This document shows, piece by piece, positions 13,141-25,256 of a stretch of DNA of 64,000 bases. The first letter of the stretch is position 1. Every line of letters starts with the position of its first letter. The position numbers and the translations under genes were made by a program. The notes beneath the pieces were generated by a model. It saw only the letters and a list, made by a program, of their open reading frames with translations. It did not search any database and was not told the DNA's origin. The stretch comes from Antedon mediterranea (taxonomy: Eukaryota; Animalia; Echinodermata), in NCBI RefSeq assembly GCF_964355755.1, contig NC_092679.1, positions 24,900,432-24,964,431 on the forward strand, given 5' to 3'.

Positions 13141-15013
13141 TTTTCAATATGAAGTCTTCAATTTTATTATTGTAGGCCTATGTATACCATAATTGTTTTG
13201 GTGTTTCACTGTAGTGTAAGTGACCGAGTTTCACGCAACAAACTTGTTTAGAAATGGTATGGATATTATCATCAGTTTACTAGCTAGGCTAGTAGTACTA
13301 GGCTAGCCTAGGCCTTATAGTCGTAAAACGGTTGCGGACCAACTTTAGGCCTGTTTAACTAGGCCTGGTGTCTTTACAATGTGGATTTTGGCGAAACATT
13401 GATGTAAGATTTATGATTTATAAAATGTAATACATTTTTCGATAGTGATAACTTATTTTTATAGGCCTATCGGTGCCGTGTAAGTAACTTTTTCGTTGTT
13501 TGTTGATCTCACCGGGCAATATCTTCATATTGTGATGTCTTGCACAAAATCGCGAATATCTCAACTTTCTTGCGCGAAAATACAAAAAACTCAAAAAGTG
13601 GGTTACTTTTATTTTACTATTACGATTTACATATTGCGATTTGAAATTGTTCTTGGTACCATTGTAATGCTCAAATCTTTATGATTTTTTTAGTCTAAAT
13701 TACATATAAATCAGATCACATACATAGTTTCAATCAGCTTTAATAAAAACATCGAATTGGGCTAAAAACGCTGGCGGTGGCAGTTTCTAACTTGAAAAAC
13801 CTCTGGCAGTCAAAGTGTTAAAAGTTCTGACATTCCAACCCTACCAAATTTTCATCCAATCTCCCGAAAATTAACACAATTTTGGTTTAAATTAAAAACA
13901 TTTTTCAAACCAATGTTTACTGTCTGAATTCTGTTTTATGAAGTTATTTTTGTATTTAAATAATTATTCTGATTAGTTTCTATAGTGTTATGCACCTCGG
14001 GTAAACATTGAAATTGTGATTGTACCAGGTTTTTTGCAAGTTTGAAATGTGTAAAATCAAAAAACACATCAAATCTGTTAAAGATTAGTCAAATTTGTTG
14101 ACGATAAGTAAACAATAAAAACTTGGAACTTGTGCATGTTCATAGTTTTATACTTGTTTATGCTGTTCACATTTACTTACCAGCTTGGCTTTTATAATCT
14201 GCTTTGTTGCAGAGCAATTTTTGTACCTTTACTTTCTGTAATTAAGGAGTTAGAAAGGACATCCACCTCTTTAGCCAAGTGCCATGAATATCAAAGGAAA
14301 ATATCTAGTGAGACAATTGTTTTACTGACTACTCTGAAAGATTGATTATTTTTTCTGCAGTCAAGTTCATCTGACCTAGGCCTTAAAGCTCTTAAGAGCT
14401 CCCATTGGAGAGCCCTGTGGAATACAAATATGCAGAACTTGTGAGAGGGCCTAGGAATTTTGTTTGTTATCTGGGTTATATGATGTATAACAAAGATTTA
14501 AAGAAAAAGTAGGAACAGCTTTGACTAAACATTAAAATGTAACCTTTCCCACTGACAAAGGTGTGACTAATAATAAATATTCTTTGTTTATTTGGCTGTT
14601 TGAAAGTAGGTTAGCCATTAAACGTGTTGGAAGGTGCTGGAGCATGATATTACTGGTAGTCAGACCACATGGGTTGTTCACTTTTATTATTTGTTATACA
14701 TGTCAACATTTTATTTCACTATACAGTAGATAGTAGTATTCCTGTAATTTCCAATTCCAGTATAATTTTTGGTTTGTAGCACCTTTGCAGCTTTTTAAAT
14801 TAATTAACATAATCAATTTAATAGTCTTAACAAAAATTAGTTTTTTACACAACACTTGATTTTCTGATTTGTCATTATTTTAATCGTCAATAAACATGTG
14901 CTTTGATGACTGTGGTTTAATTCCATCAGCAACCATATTATAGTATACTGTCTTCTGTAATCATTCGGCCAATAGTTTGATACACTAGCAAAGTAACTAG
15001 TACTATACACTTA

Positions 15014-15863
15014 GGGTATGTTCAGACTCACGGAGTTACGGTGGAGTTATGTACGCGGCGTACATATTTTTGTGTCTGAACCATGCCGCGGATTAGCGTT
15101 AGGGAGCTGTTACTCCGCGCCAGTGGCGTTAATAACTCCAGCGGGAGAGGGTAGATTTCATAAGGCTAATCCATTGATGCATCAGTGATTTCAACCTCCG
15201 GTCAACGTCAGCCAATGAAAAGACACGACCGCAATTAGCAGCAGTCTATTCGCGCGGTTTTTTTAAATAGCAAAACAATATATAGCCTATTCCTCGAGCT
15301 AGCCTAGATCAACAGCAACATTCGAATTAAAATGTTACATGGAAAAGTACAGAAGTGGCTGATTTGATTTCATTATGGGGCAGCCCTGAATTTATAGACA
15401 AATTAGAAATTGGAAAGCTATAGCGCCGGCAACAAGATGGCTGTTTTTAAAGAAATTGCATCTAAACTGCAAAATTCTTCCTGACGAAGTTGGCGTCGGC
15501 GACATGATTTCACAAAATTAATTAAAATCATACAAATAATGGCAAAGTCATTGTCCGTGTAATAATTATGTTCGAAATTACTATCTTCTGTAAGGATTTG
15601 CAAAAAAATCGGCAAAAAAAACATTACATTTGAAGGTAACATTGTATTATATTGCTAGGCCTAGCTAGTGTTGTAAACTTTCGTGCGTGTCACTCTCAGC
15701 TCTGTTGTTGTTATTGTGTGTATGTATCCCATCGGCCGTTTCGGTATGACGGAACTTCCGCTTTAAACGCAAGACGTTTGGAATGCTAATCGTTGTGTCT
15801 GAACACCTTGACTTTTAACGCCGTAGATAACTCCACCGTAACTCCGTGAGTCTGAACATACCC
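15014..15863. mobile_element. PIF/Harbinger-type non-autonomous element with decayed Myb/SANT-like coding relic
   Basis: TTA target duplication and about 40-bp TIR gggtatgttcagactcacggagttacggtggagttat. Internal + strand relic TWKSTEVADLISLWGSPEFIDKLE...NKMAVFKEIASKL has stops and a frameshift. Confidence 0.85.
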
Positions 15864-16683
15864 TTAATGTTGTGCTATGAAGGAAGCTAACTAATTTTAT
15901 ATTAATCATTTTATAATTGTGATGTTAATAACATTCCTTCTTGATGACTTCTGCTTCTGTGACAAAAGAGAGCTTTGAGGTAAATTGGTTTCCTAAGCTA
16001 CAGAAATCTTTTTTAAAACTTGGGCAATAAAAATTAAAATATAGTATAGTACCGGCAACATTCGGAAAGATTTTTTAGGGAGGCAGAACGGTTCGTTCGT
16101 TTTTTGAGGGGTGGGGATTGGTTATCGGTGTGACGAAGATCAATAATTGACTTTTAATTTAAGAAATATATTGATTTAGCAAAATATATACTAGGCCTAT
16201 TGATAGTAGGGTGTCCTGAAGCGAGTTGCAACTAGAAATTACTGCTTCATTCATATCTACTATGCATAATCTTTTTGTAGATATGTCATTTTTAATGGCA
16301 CATATTAATACTGTAGCTATTTACTTACCTGATAAAACTGTAATTTGAGGAATAAAATATTCTCTCGGAAGGAAGCCCATTGTCAGAAAGTCAATGGGTT
16401 TGTGGTTTAATTTAACTGTTTATTTTGTTTTTATTATAAACTAAATCATTAATTTCTTCTGACGAAAACACTCGAATACTTAACTCGTATCCATAGTGAT
16501 TGAACAGTAAACTAGTACTAATAACTAGATAATTGAAATTAAGTAGTTAAATTTGTCTTAATTACATTTGTTGTCTTGTTTTTTATTATAATAATTATTA
16601 AGTTCAAAATATTTTCAATTATGTATATAGTTGAAACAAGAGTGAGATGCTCTTACATATAAAAAAATACTTGTTTTTCCAAG

Positions 16684-16900
16684 TAGAGTGGCCAAGGGGT
16701 GAAGGCAGTGGTGCTGCAAACCATACAGTAGCTATACAATTAGCACATGATCAAGTCACTTCTCTACCATTGTTCTGGTAGTACAACAAGTCTTCTCAGA
16801 TAAAGATAAGGATGAACCCAGTTCATCTTTCGAAAGAGTAGGGAGTTACTCTGGTGTACTGGTTCATTCAGTCTATGTTGTGTACAGACATATTTGTTAG
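16684..16900 (+). mobile_element. Decayed tRNA-derived SINE (same family as 23700-24005)
   Basis: A-box-like gagtggccaagggg, plus caagtcttctcagataa and ttcgaaagagtagggg matching the minus-strand copy at 23.7-24.0 kb. Confidence 0.55.
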
Positions 16901-17984
16901 TTAGGCTGTAAGACACCCCATATTTACATTTTCAATTCCCACAAAAACTCAGGACTGGAGGGTTTTTTTTCCTATCTGCCAAAAAGTATATTTTTGCGAT
17001 GTTGTCATGGTGGTCGTTGGTTGTGCGCAATTGATTAATTACTATCTAAATAAAAACATGATCTTTTTCAGTGACTTTTTGTCATTTCGAAGAGATTTTT
17101 GTCATATTTATATATTAAAAAAAAAAAGAATTCAAGTGAGGTAGGTGACACAAGTAGGCCTTATATCAGAAAGTTTGAAATGCCCTACTGTTCAATTAAT
17201 TAAAGTATAATTCATATTCATGTATTATAATAATACCTTGACCCAAGGTCATGGTTGAAAAAGTGTTTGTATACCAAACTGTGGATCAAACCAGGGACCT
17301 CACTATATACCCAGGTATGAATTAGCATATGAATAGGATCTGTGATAATAGGGAATTATGATTCTTTGGTAAATATGTGCGAAATCCAAACAGTTTATTG
17401 CCTACAGACAAATAAGTCCACATCAGTGAACTGTGAGTCAGGTCATATTAGGTTTGAGTTGTGACCTGCAATGAGCAATATTTTATGATCATGGATGCTT
17501 TGTTTTCTACAACGACTAACAATATGAAGAAGACTTCTTCACCTGAACATTTGTATGTTAACCATTTGGATTTCTTACTTTGTGGGGAGGCCATGTTGAC
17601 TTATTAAATTTTGTGATTAATGTACCAGCATATTTTTATTTTCAAGGTTAAACCAGATTGTACAGTAATGGTGTTTATATTTCATTTTGTATCTATTTGC
17701 TTTCAAAGTATTCACTTTGTTTGAAACTAAATATTATTATGTATATATTTTGGAAAATGATTTACATAGTTTAGGCCTTGTGTTTTCTTGATGTTTCTCC
17801 CCAGTAATTCTCAAACTGATTCTTTCACATTAATTTTAACTTGTCACTGTAGAGATGATCTGCACAAATGCAATGTGTAGCATGAACATATATGCTTGCA
17901 AATTTTTATAGGAAGGAAAGTTTTTGAAAATAAAATGCCTTAAAAAAGGCCTAACTAAGCTTAAATTTTCTGCATAATAAATAA

Positions 17985-18115
17985 TACATGTACAATGTAT
18001 ATTACATGTACAATGTATATTACATGTACAATGTATATTTCATGTACAATGTATATTTCATGTACAATGTATATTTCATGTACAATGTATATAATACATG
18101 TACAATGTATATTTC
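17985..18115 (+). repeat. 18-bp minisatellite, about 7 copies
   Basis: Unit acatgtacaatgtatatt with minor variants. Confidence 0.9.
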
Positions 18116-20229
18116 TATAATGTTCATATTTTCATTCCTTTATATTTATATTTATTTTTTGTTAAACTTCATTATCATATTCTTTCTTCTTTCTGCCTGT
18201 TTATTTAATCTTTTAATTTAGCTTTTGCTTTTTGATTTCTAAATTCAAAGGCAAATTACTGGAAAATATTATATAAAATATTTATCTGTATAAAAGTCCT
18301 TATGTTAAACTAGTAATACAGTAGATACGTATATGTTGTCAACAAATCTTCATCTGGCAATGAAACATCACACTTGCATATCTATTACTAATTTAATGTA
18401 AATGATTGTATAGATATTTAATATAAAACATTTTTCGTAGATAAAATATTCAGTTGTACAGTTACGTAGGCATAGGTGCTCTACATATAATATATATATA
18501 TATAATATTTGTGATAGTAGAAGCAGATCAAGATCAAGAACAATGCCTCTTTTTTAGAGTGTTCTGGGAGGTGTAAAACTTCTTAAATATTGCATATTAA
18601 AAAATTAAGAATACAGAATTAAATAAAATAATCTTGATTATTCAATTAAAATATAATAATTTAGTTTTGTATGATAAGATGGTCAGTAGTGTGATGTGCA
18701 ACATCAGGAGACACTAATATTGCCTTTATTTCCCTTGTGAAAAACTATTGTATAGAACAATTACTACAGCAAGTGAACCATTCCAGCCACCATTAAGGTT
18801 TGCCATTAACGTTTGGATTTGACTTATTGCCGACTCACTTCAAAGCGGCTTGCTTGATATGTTGCATTAATATGGCGCATCCAGTGTTGGCCAATCTGGT
18901 GTTCACATCTAAATAAATGTATCTTGAATAAACAGTCTAATAAAGCTAAATTAAGCAGCACAAATTCAATGCTGATTATACAGACAGGAAAGATAGAATA
19001 AAAGCCATTTTCAGGTGCAATTTATAATCTACTGTTACATTTTAGTCTATTGCTCTGTTTGTATTCTTTATTTCTGTTTGATTATAGACAGAATGTAGAA
19101 GTAAAATTGGTGCAATATGGATGTTTACAGAAAATGATTAAGAACAGACAGTGAAATTGGCATCATTATAAGTTAACCTAGTTTTTGTTCCAGCGGTTAA
19201 CAACCGAGGAAAATCAGTCAACAGCAAATAACATTCAACCATTCATTGTTATAGTTATACACTTTGTTTCATTTAGAAAACTTAAAACAAAAAATGACTT
19301 CGCATCTAATTGATGTTGCTTGTTTTATCTTACAATTACATGAAATGCATTCAAATTTATTGTCACCATGTTTATTCAAACTTCAGGAGTGTTTTTAAAG
19401 GAAGCGTTTTTTTAGCGGGAGGATTTTATTTTTATGTGCAATGGTATATAATCAAATAAATTCTCCTTACATGTAGTAAAATATGAAAAAATATCAAAAT
19501 ACAAAAAGTCTACCAATAGAACCTGTGTATAATAAATATTGTTTGTATAAGTATATGTGGAGAGGTGTTTATTTGGGGTAGTTTGTGGTGGGGCTATCTA
19601 AAAATAGACGCCCCAGAATGTGGGGAAATGCTACTTGGGAGAGGTTTATTCAAATAAATGTGGTATTCACAATAAGCAACGGGCTTGCAGGTCTGTTAAA
19701 TCTTATCTTTACCTGTCTCTCAGCTGCAGATTTATACAATGAAAAAAATGACAGATGCAGAAGTTTGGACATGTGGAAAATGTAAAGTTAAATGGGTTTT
19801 TTTTTTTCAATGAGCAGACTTTCTATAGCTCACAGGTCAGCGTATAAACTTGAAATGTGGGTTAAAAGGTACAGTTAAAGGTCTTTCACATGACCAATGT
19901 CCACACATATGGGATTAAAGTAATGCTTGTTGTATAGTATTTGAACTTTCAGCTTAAATGTAGGTTCTATACTAATGTGAAACATACTGATTAAAGACAA
20001 ATAAGAGAGAATGACAAAGGAAATTATACAGAAAGCGCTATTATGCAGTTAAATTTTAAGAGGACGGTAGCATTAGGAAACTGTATCACATGGAAGCTTA
20101 TAGTTTACTACAGCTCAAAAATGGGAATTTGTAAATTCGGACTGGGCATGAGCAAACCCCAAAGCACGTCTGGGAGAAGAGTCTATGAGATGTGTGCAGG
20201 CAGTTATAGTCTGTAAGACCTGTTTAATT

Positions 20230-20903
20230 TACCTCCGCCAAGGAGGTATATGTAATCGGTAGTGTGTGTTTGTTTGTTTGTTTGTTTGTTTGTTAGCAGG
20301 ATTACTCAAAAAGTAATTACAAGATCTTTACCAAAATGAATATACAGATAGATATGTGGTCAAGGACCATTCCATTAAATTTTGGGACCATTGTCCCAAT
20401 TCTGGACAACTTTTTAGTATACTTTTCAGACCTCCTAGTGTTAAAAGATAGGACAGAATTTTTCAAAAGCCGGCGAGCAGTGTTAAAGTAACAAGTATAC
20501 TGAAATTGCATTTTCTTGAGAACTACTTGTCCAAAAAACTTCATTTTTGTACAAGAGGCAAGAGTTATAATTTGTGATTTGTAATTTTGAAACATAATTT
20601 GATTTAATGTGCACGTTTTTTGATGCCAGTAGTTTAAAAAACCTATTTTCTTTTCAAATTCACTCGTTTGATTTTCGCGTTGCTGTTCTATTTTTAGTCA
20701 ACTGAAGCTATTTTTAATTGAAAGGCTTGTTACATAACCATTACACCAAACTCGCATACACATGATTGTAGTGAAATTAGCCTAAATCACAAACAGCATT
20801 AAGACACACACAAATATATATATATTTTTTTTTAACCGGAGAAATCTTATGTAGGAGAATTTTACAGTAGGCGGAGGTATGCACTCTCGGAGTGGCTTTC
20901 TAG
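20230..20903 (+). mobile_element. Helentron-associated element family A, uninterrupted copy
   Basis: Same termini as 11805-13140, with (GTTT)n near the 5' end, 3' hairpin and CTAG. Confidence 0.85.
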
Positions 20904-20906
20904 TTG

Positions 20907-23253
20907 GTTATCCGCACTTGGCGGATAACCTCTTGTTATTGTCAGAGATTTCATTTTTTCTGCTCATTTTTTGTTGGTCGCATATCTCAAAAATGGCAAT
21001 AGCAGTTATGTTGTAACTTGGCCAGCAGATGCACGTATATATGTAGTTGTGCAACAAACTTTGGTTTTATGAAAATATGGTCGCGTAGCGTAACTACGCG
21101 CGATTTTCTGAAATTCTTAGATTGACTATAACTTGAAAACCAATAGCTATTTTTAAATACCACTTGACACACGTATGCTTCATGTCAAGGGTCATCTTCC
21201 TGTATCATCAGCAAAATTTTGAACATTGGTCAAATCGCGCGTACGCGCGCTTTGAAAGTTAAAAATGCTCAAAATCAATTTCTAATCAACTTTCTACACG
21301 TTTCAGGACATTTTAAGCATTTCACATTTTTCAAAAAAATTTGCGTTGCGCGCGCGCTATTGCGCACTTCGCTCGTACGCAGCCTAGAAAGCCCGTTTTT
21401 GCGCTTGATTATTGTTTTTCATAGTTTTATGATATATTTCTTTCATATTTGTTGAATTATGAATGCAAAATAATGACACACGTGCACGTCAAACTTTAAA
21501 AATCGTGCGCTTGAAAATTGGTAATTTTATGCAAATTTGTGTAAAAATATGCCTATTTTGAATCGATTATAGCTCTCCGGGATGTCTGGTGACCCCCAAT
21601 TTTTTTAACCTAATATGTAAGCAGATATATTGTAGACATGAATTCATGCAAAATTTTTACCTCTGGGCTGTTGTGACGTCATCGTATGGCCACACAAATG
21701 TAAAATATAGGGATTTTGTCTCTTTCGACAAAGTTCGTCACATTCAATAGAGCGCATACCGCGTAAACGTTATCAATTTTCTTCCAATTTTCAATATTTT
21801 ATTACTAAAATAATTCCTTTTTAGACTTATGAACTTTTTTTTTTAATTTGAAAAGGTCATCATTTTCAAACAATTGAATAAACGTGAGTGGTGTAAAATA
21901 AAAAATAACCGTCAACTAAACCGTTTACAATGCTAATACCGTCAACTGTTGACACTTATTAAACGATTTTGATGTATTCCAGCTGTTCTTTACAATCGTT
22001 GTAGTGCAGCCTATTGTAGACTAAGCATAATAAATAACATGTGCGTGTTACGATGCGTTGGGCGATAGCCTAACTCGTCAACGTGACGAGTTCAAATCTA
22101 GTTTTTTTTCGATATTCTTCTTTCTTTCCATGAATTTTGTTGCAAGCATATCTCTAATTCTGGCTAACAAATGATTGTATAACTTTGTCAAAAGATTGCC
22201 CTCTACTTGTAGATGTGCAAGAAACTTTTTTTTTCAAATTTCGAGTCGCGCAGCGTAAGTTACGCGCGATTTTGTGAATTTCAATGATTGTTCATAGAAT
22301 AAAAACTAAAAGTCATTTTGTATTGAAACTTGGTGAACATTTAAGTCATATAATGCGCAAACTTTCTATGGATTAAAAATGGCAAGTTTTACAAAAAGTT
22401 ACGCGCGCACGCGCGTTTAAAATTTCAAAATGCGAAAAATCAATATCTAATCAACTTTCTACGCGTTTCATGTCATTTTGAGCATTTCAAAAATTCCCAC
22501 GCGTGCGCAATTTTTTTACGCGCACGTGCGCACGTAGCGCAAAAACATCATTTTTTTGCTTGGGTTTTGTTTTTCCTGTCTTTTTTAGAAAATTTACCAA
22601 CTTTCAAACAATTTCGACCTAAAATCACGTCATACGAGCACGTAGAATTAAACAATTTACGCGCATTTTTGATGAAAAAGTTCAAAAATTTGTCAAAATT
22701 ATGCCTTTTTTTAAACAGTCATAGATTTTAAACTACGTGGTGAACTTTTTTATAATTACATATTCTGGTAGTAGATGAGTTGCAGATATCAAATCATGCA
22801 TCAATATGGCTAACCGGACATTGTGACGTCATCGTATGGCCACTCGAATATAAAATATAGGATTTTTGTCTCTTTCCTCGTAGCTCGTCACATTTAATAG
22901 AGCGCATCTCCACTTATCCGTATTCCATTGCCTTCCATTTTTTTGTATTGTCTAGGTCAATCAATTATCTTTCGCATGATTTACCATTTTTTGAAATGTT
23001 TATTACGTCATCATGTGCAAAAGCGTCAGTAACTTTGGTCACTTATTTTCACCTATTCTGCACTGTATGTAGTACCTATACAGTATATAGCGTATACCGT
23101 ATATACTTATACGTGACGCAAAGTAGAGAGCGCACTAAATTTTTTTCAATGGCATAATCGTTTTTCTGCGCGCAAAATTCTGACGTGTGGCGTGCGCGTG
23201 GATTTTTCGATGCGGATAACCTAACTCGTCCGTAGTGACGAGTTCAAATCTAG
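20907..23253 (+). mobile_element. Two diverged head-to-tail Helentron-associated family C units (about 20907-22101 and 22102-23253)
   Basis: 5' gttatccgc-acttg-gcggataac. Both units end in an aactcgtc..gacgagtt hairpin plus caaatCTAG|TT. Internal sequences are recognisably homologous to each other and to 679-1696. Confidence 0.75.
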
Positions 23254-23699
23254 TTAACAATGTTTTTAGTTTAAAAAAACTATGTTGGTCGGTTGGTTGG
23301 TCGGTAAACACTAACTTGAGCTCGCGACTGCATCCATATAATATGGCCTTGCTCTTTTGGCTGTCACTATCATTGAATATAATGGTCAGGTCAAAACAAT
23401 CCTTCCTCTATGGTAAATTATTAGAAAATTTAATATTATTATTATTAGAAAATTTGTTTAATTTCGGATTATATTTTTGTTTGGTACAGCAGGCCACAGA
23501 ATTTACATTTAATTCCACAAAATGTTTACTACTGATTGATTTCTTGAATTATTAAATAGAATGTCAATAAAAAAAAGGCATCATTTAATGAAGAAAGAAC
23601 AATTATAATATATTGTTTCGTCAACTTGTAGTTGTGCAACATGCTTTTAGTTTATGATAAACAGGAACGAGCAATTGTACGAACATTTTGATTGAAATA

Positions 23700-24005
23700 T
23701 ATATTTATACTTGGTAACCTCTTCAGTCAAAGACTGGTCTCCCAGAGGGCCCAGTTGGTGATCAGTGGCTGTGATGTACTAATACACCGGGGTACAGTAA
23801 CCCCCTACTTGTCTCGAAAGATGTACTAGGTTCTTTAAAGTGCACACGAGCTAGATGTGTACACTGGACCTACGGTTTATAGTCCTTATCCGAGAAGACT
23901 CGTTCTACCACCAGAACCATGGAGTGAGTGAGCCTCGAACCCCTGCCGATGTTATGGCTACGTAATTACGGTTCCACTGTCTTAACCGCTCGGCCACTCA
24001 CTCAC
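23700..24005 (-). mobile_element. tRNA-derived SINE with Deu/Nin-like central domain
   Basis: Minus strand has A box tggccgagcgg and B box ggttcgaggct, then gtcttctcggataaggactataaaccgtaggtcc...gcactttaaagaacc, which resembles the DeuSINE core. Confidence 0.75.
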
Positions 24006-25088
24006 TCGATGGCATCACGTACGCGTGATCGTCTGGTTATTACGGTCGTTGCTCTTCTCAGACGATCTGGAAAGTTCTACTCTTACTGCTTTGAGATTTT
24101 ATCAAAGCAAAACAATCAAATAAATTACCTGTTACTATCGCACCTGAACCCCAATAAAGCTGTTACACATGACATTTGACAAGTCACATTATTAGTGAGC
24201 CATTCTAGGCCTAGTTTAGGCCCATATACGGCAAGTGCTGATTTATTAATCATCAATGATCATTACTTGACCATAGTTAGGCAGCTGAAGTCATAGGTTG
24301 CTAGGCAAGCCGGCCACTGGTAGTCTTGTGGTTGGTTGCAAAACAGAAACGATCAGACACATACGCACGATGGGGTCAAATTTTTTTCCAATGTCTCCAA
24401 AGACATTTAGTTATATAAACAAGTTATCTCAGTTTGAATTTTTTTTATTAGTTTTATTTAGTTGAGCTGGTCCGAAATGAACTATTAACCGTATTTATTC
24501 AAATACCCCCACTTCGAATAAACAGCCCCATCAAATATTGTTTGGAATAAATGCCTCCTCGTTATTTAGGTAGAATATAATTGATTATACATATTACCAA
24601 ATTACATCCTAAAAAATAAACACTACCTTGAATAAACAAAGCGCTTGACCATATCTTTAATCTGTATATAATTCTTTACATTAAACAATGAATACGTACA
24701 TGTGCAACGTTTCAACTGTTTCTAACAAATCTTTATCTGGCAACTACTAGATGTTAGTGGTTGCAAGGAGTTCTTTAGCTTTACTAGTTGTAGAACAGCT
24801 CCCACTATTCGTAACCGTAGTCTGCGATTTGCCGAAGTTTGTAATGTAATCTTGTTAAAGTCTGGTTAAAATTGTATCTTATAAAAATGTTTAAATTTAA
24901 TTCATGAGGACCAAAATCTATACAAAAGATAAACTGTTTGAGAAAGTGATTAAGTGCAGAGGTCATTATTGATTTAAACATTTTCACTTACAGATTAACA
25001 TAAATTTTCAACATTTTCCAGCTGTTAGTTCTCTATTTTAATGTGTACTTTAAATGAAAAAAAAATGGTCTTTAGAAAGAAGCATATA

Positions 25089-25256
25089 CCGTATTTATTT
25101 GAATAAACACCCCGGTGCGTTTATTGTTCAGGTGGCTTTTTAAACGATGTTATATGGGGTGTTTATTTCAAACGATGTTATATGGGGGCGTTTATTTCAA
25201 ACGATGTTCTATGGGGGCGTTTATTCAAAGCAGGGTGTTTATTCAAATAAATATGG
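25089..25256. mobile_element. Tc1/mariner-type MITE
   Basis: TA flanks and TIR ccgtatttatttgaataaacaccc / gggtgtttattcaaataaatatgg, with three internal 29-bp subrepeats. Related fragments lie at about 24489 and 42239. Confidence 0.7.

Larger units (their letters stand above)
11426..13817. mobile_element. piggyBac-like non-autonomous TIR element hosting nested Helentron-like insertions
   Basis: Left end ttat|cactttaactgcc and right end ggcagtcaaagtg|ttaa give a 13-bp TIR with one mismatch and TTAT/TTAA flanks. Confidence 0.65.

Noticed and set aside
17988-18221. MYNVYY-repeat ORF
   Set aside because: Translation of an 18-bp minisatellite.
23920-24005. tRNA gene (also about 54090-54150)
   Set aside because: A and B boxes are present, but there is no convincing cloverleaf and the sequence continues into a SINE body.
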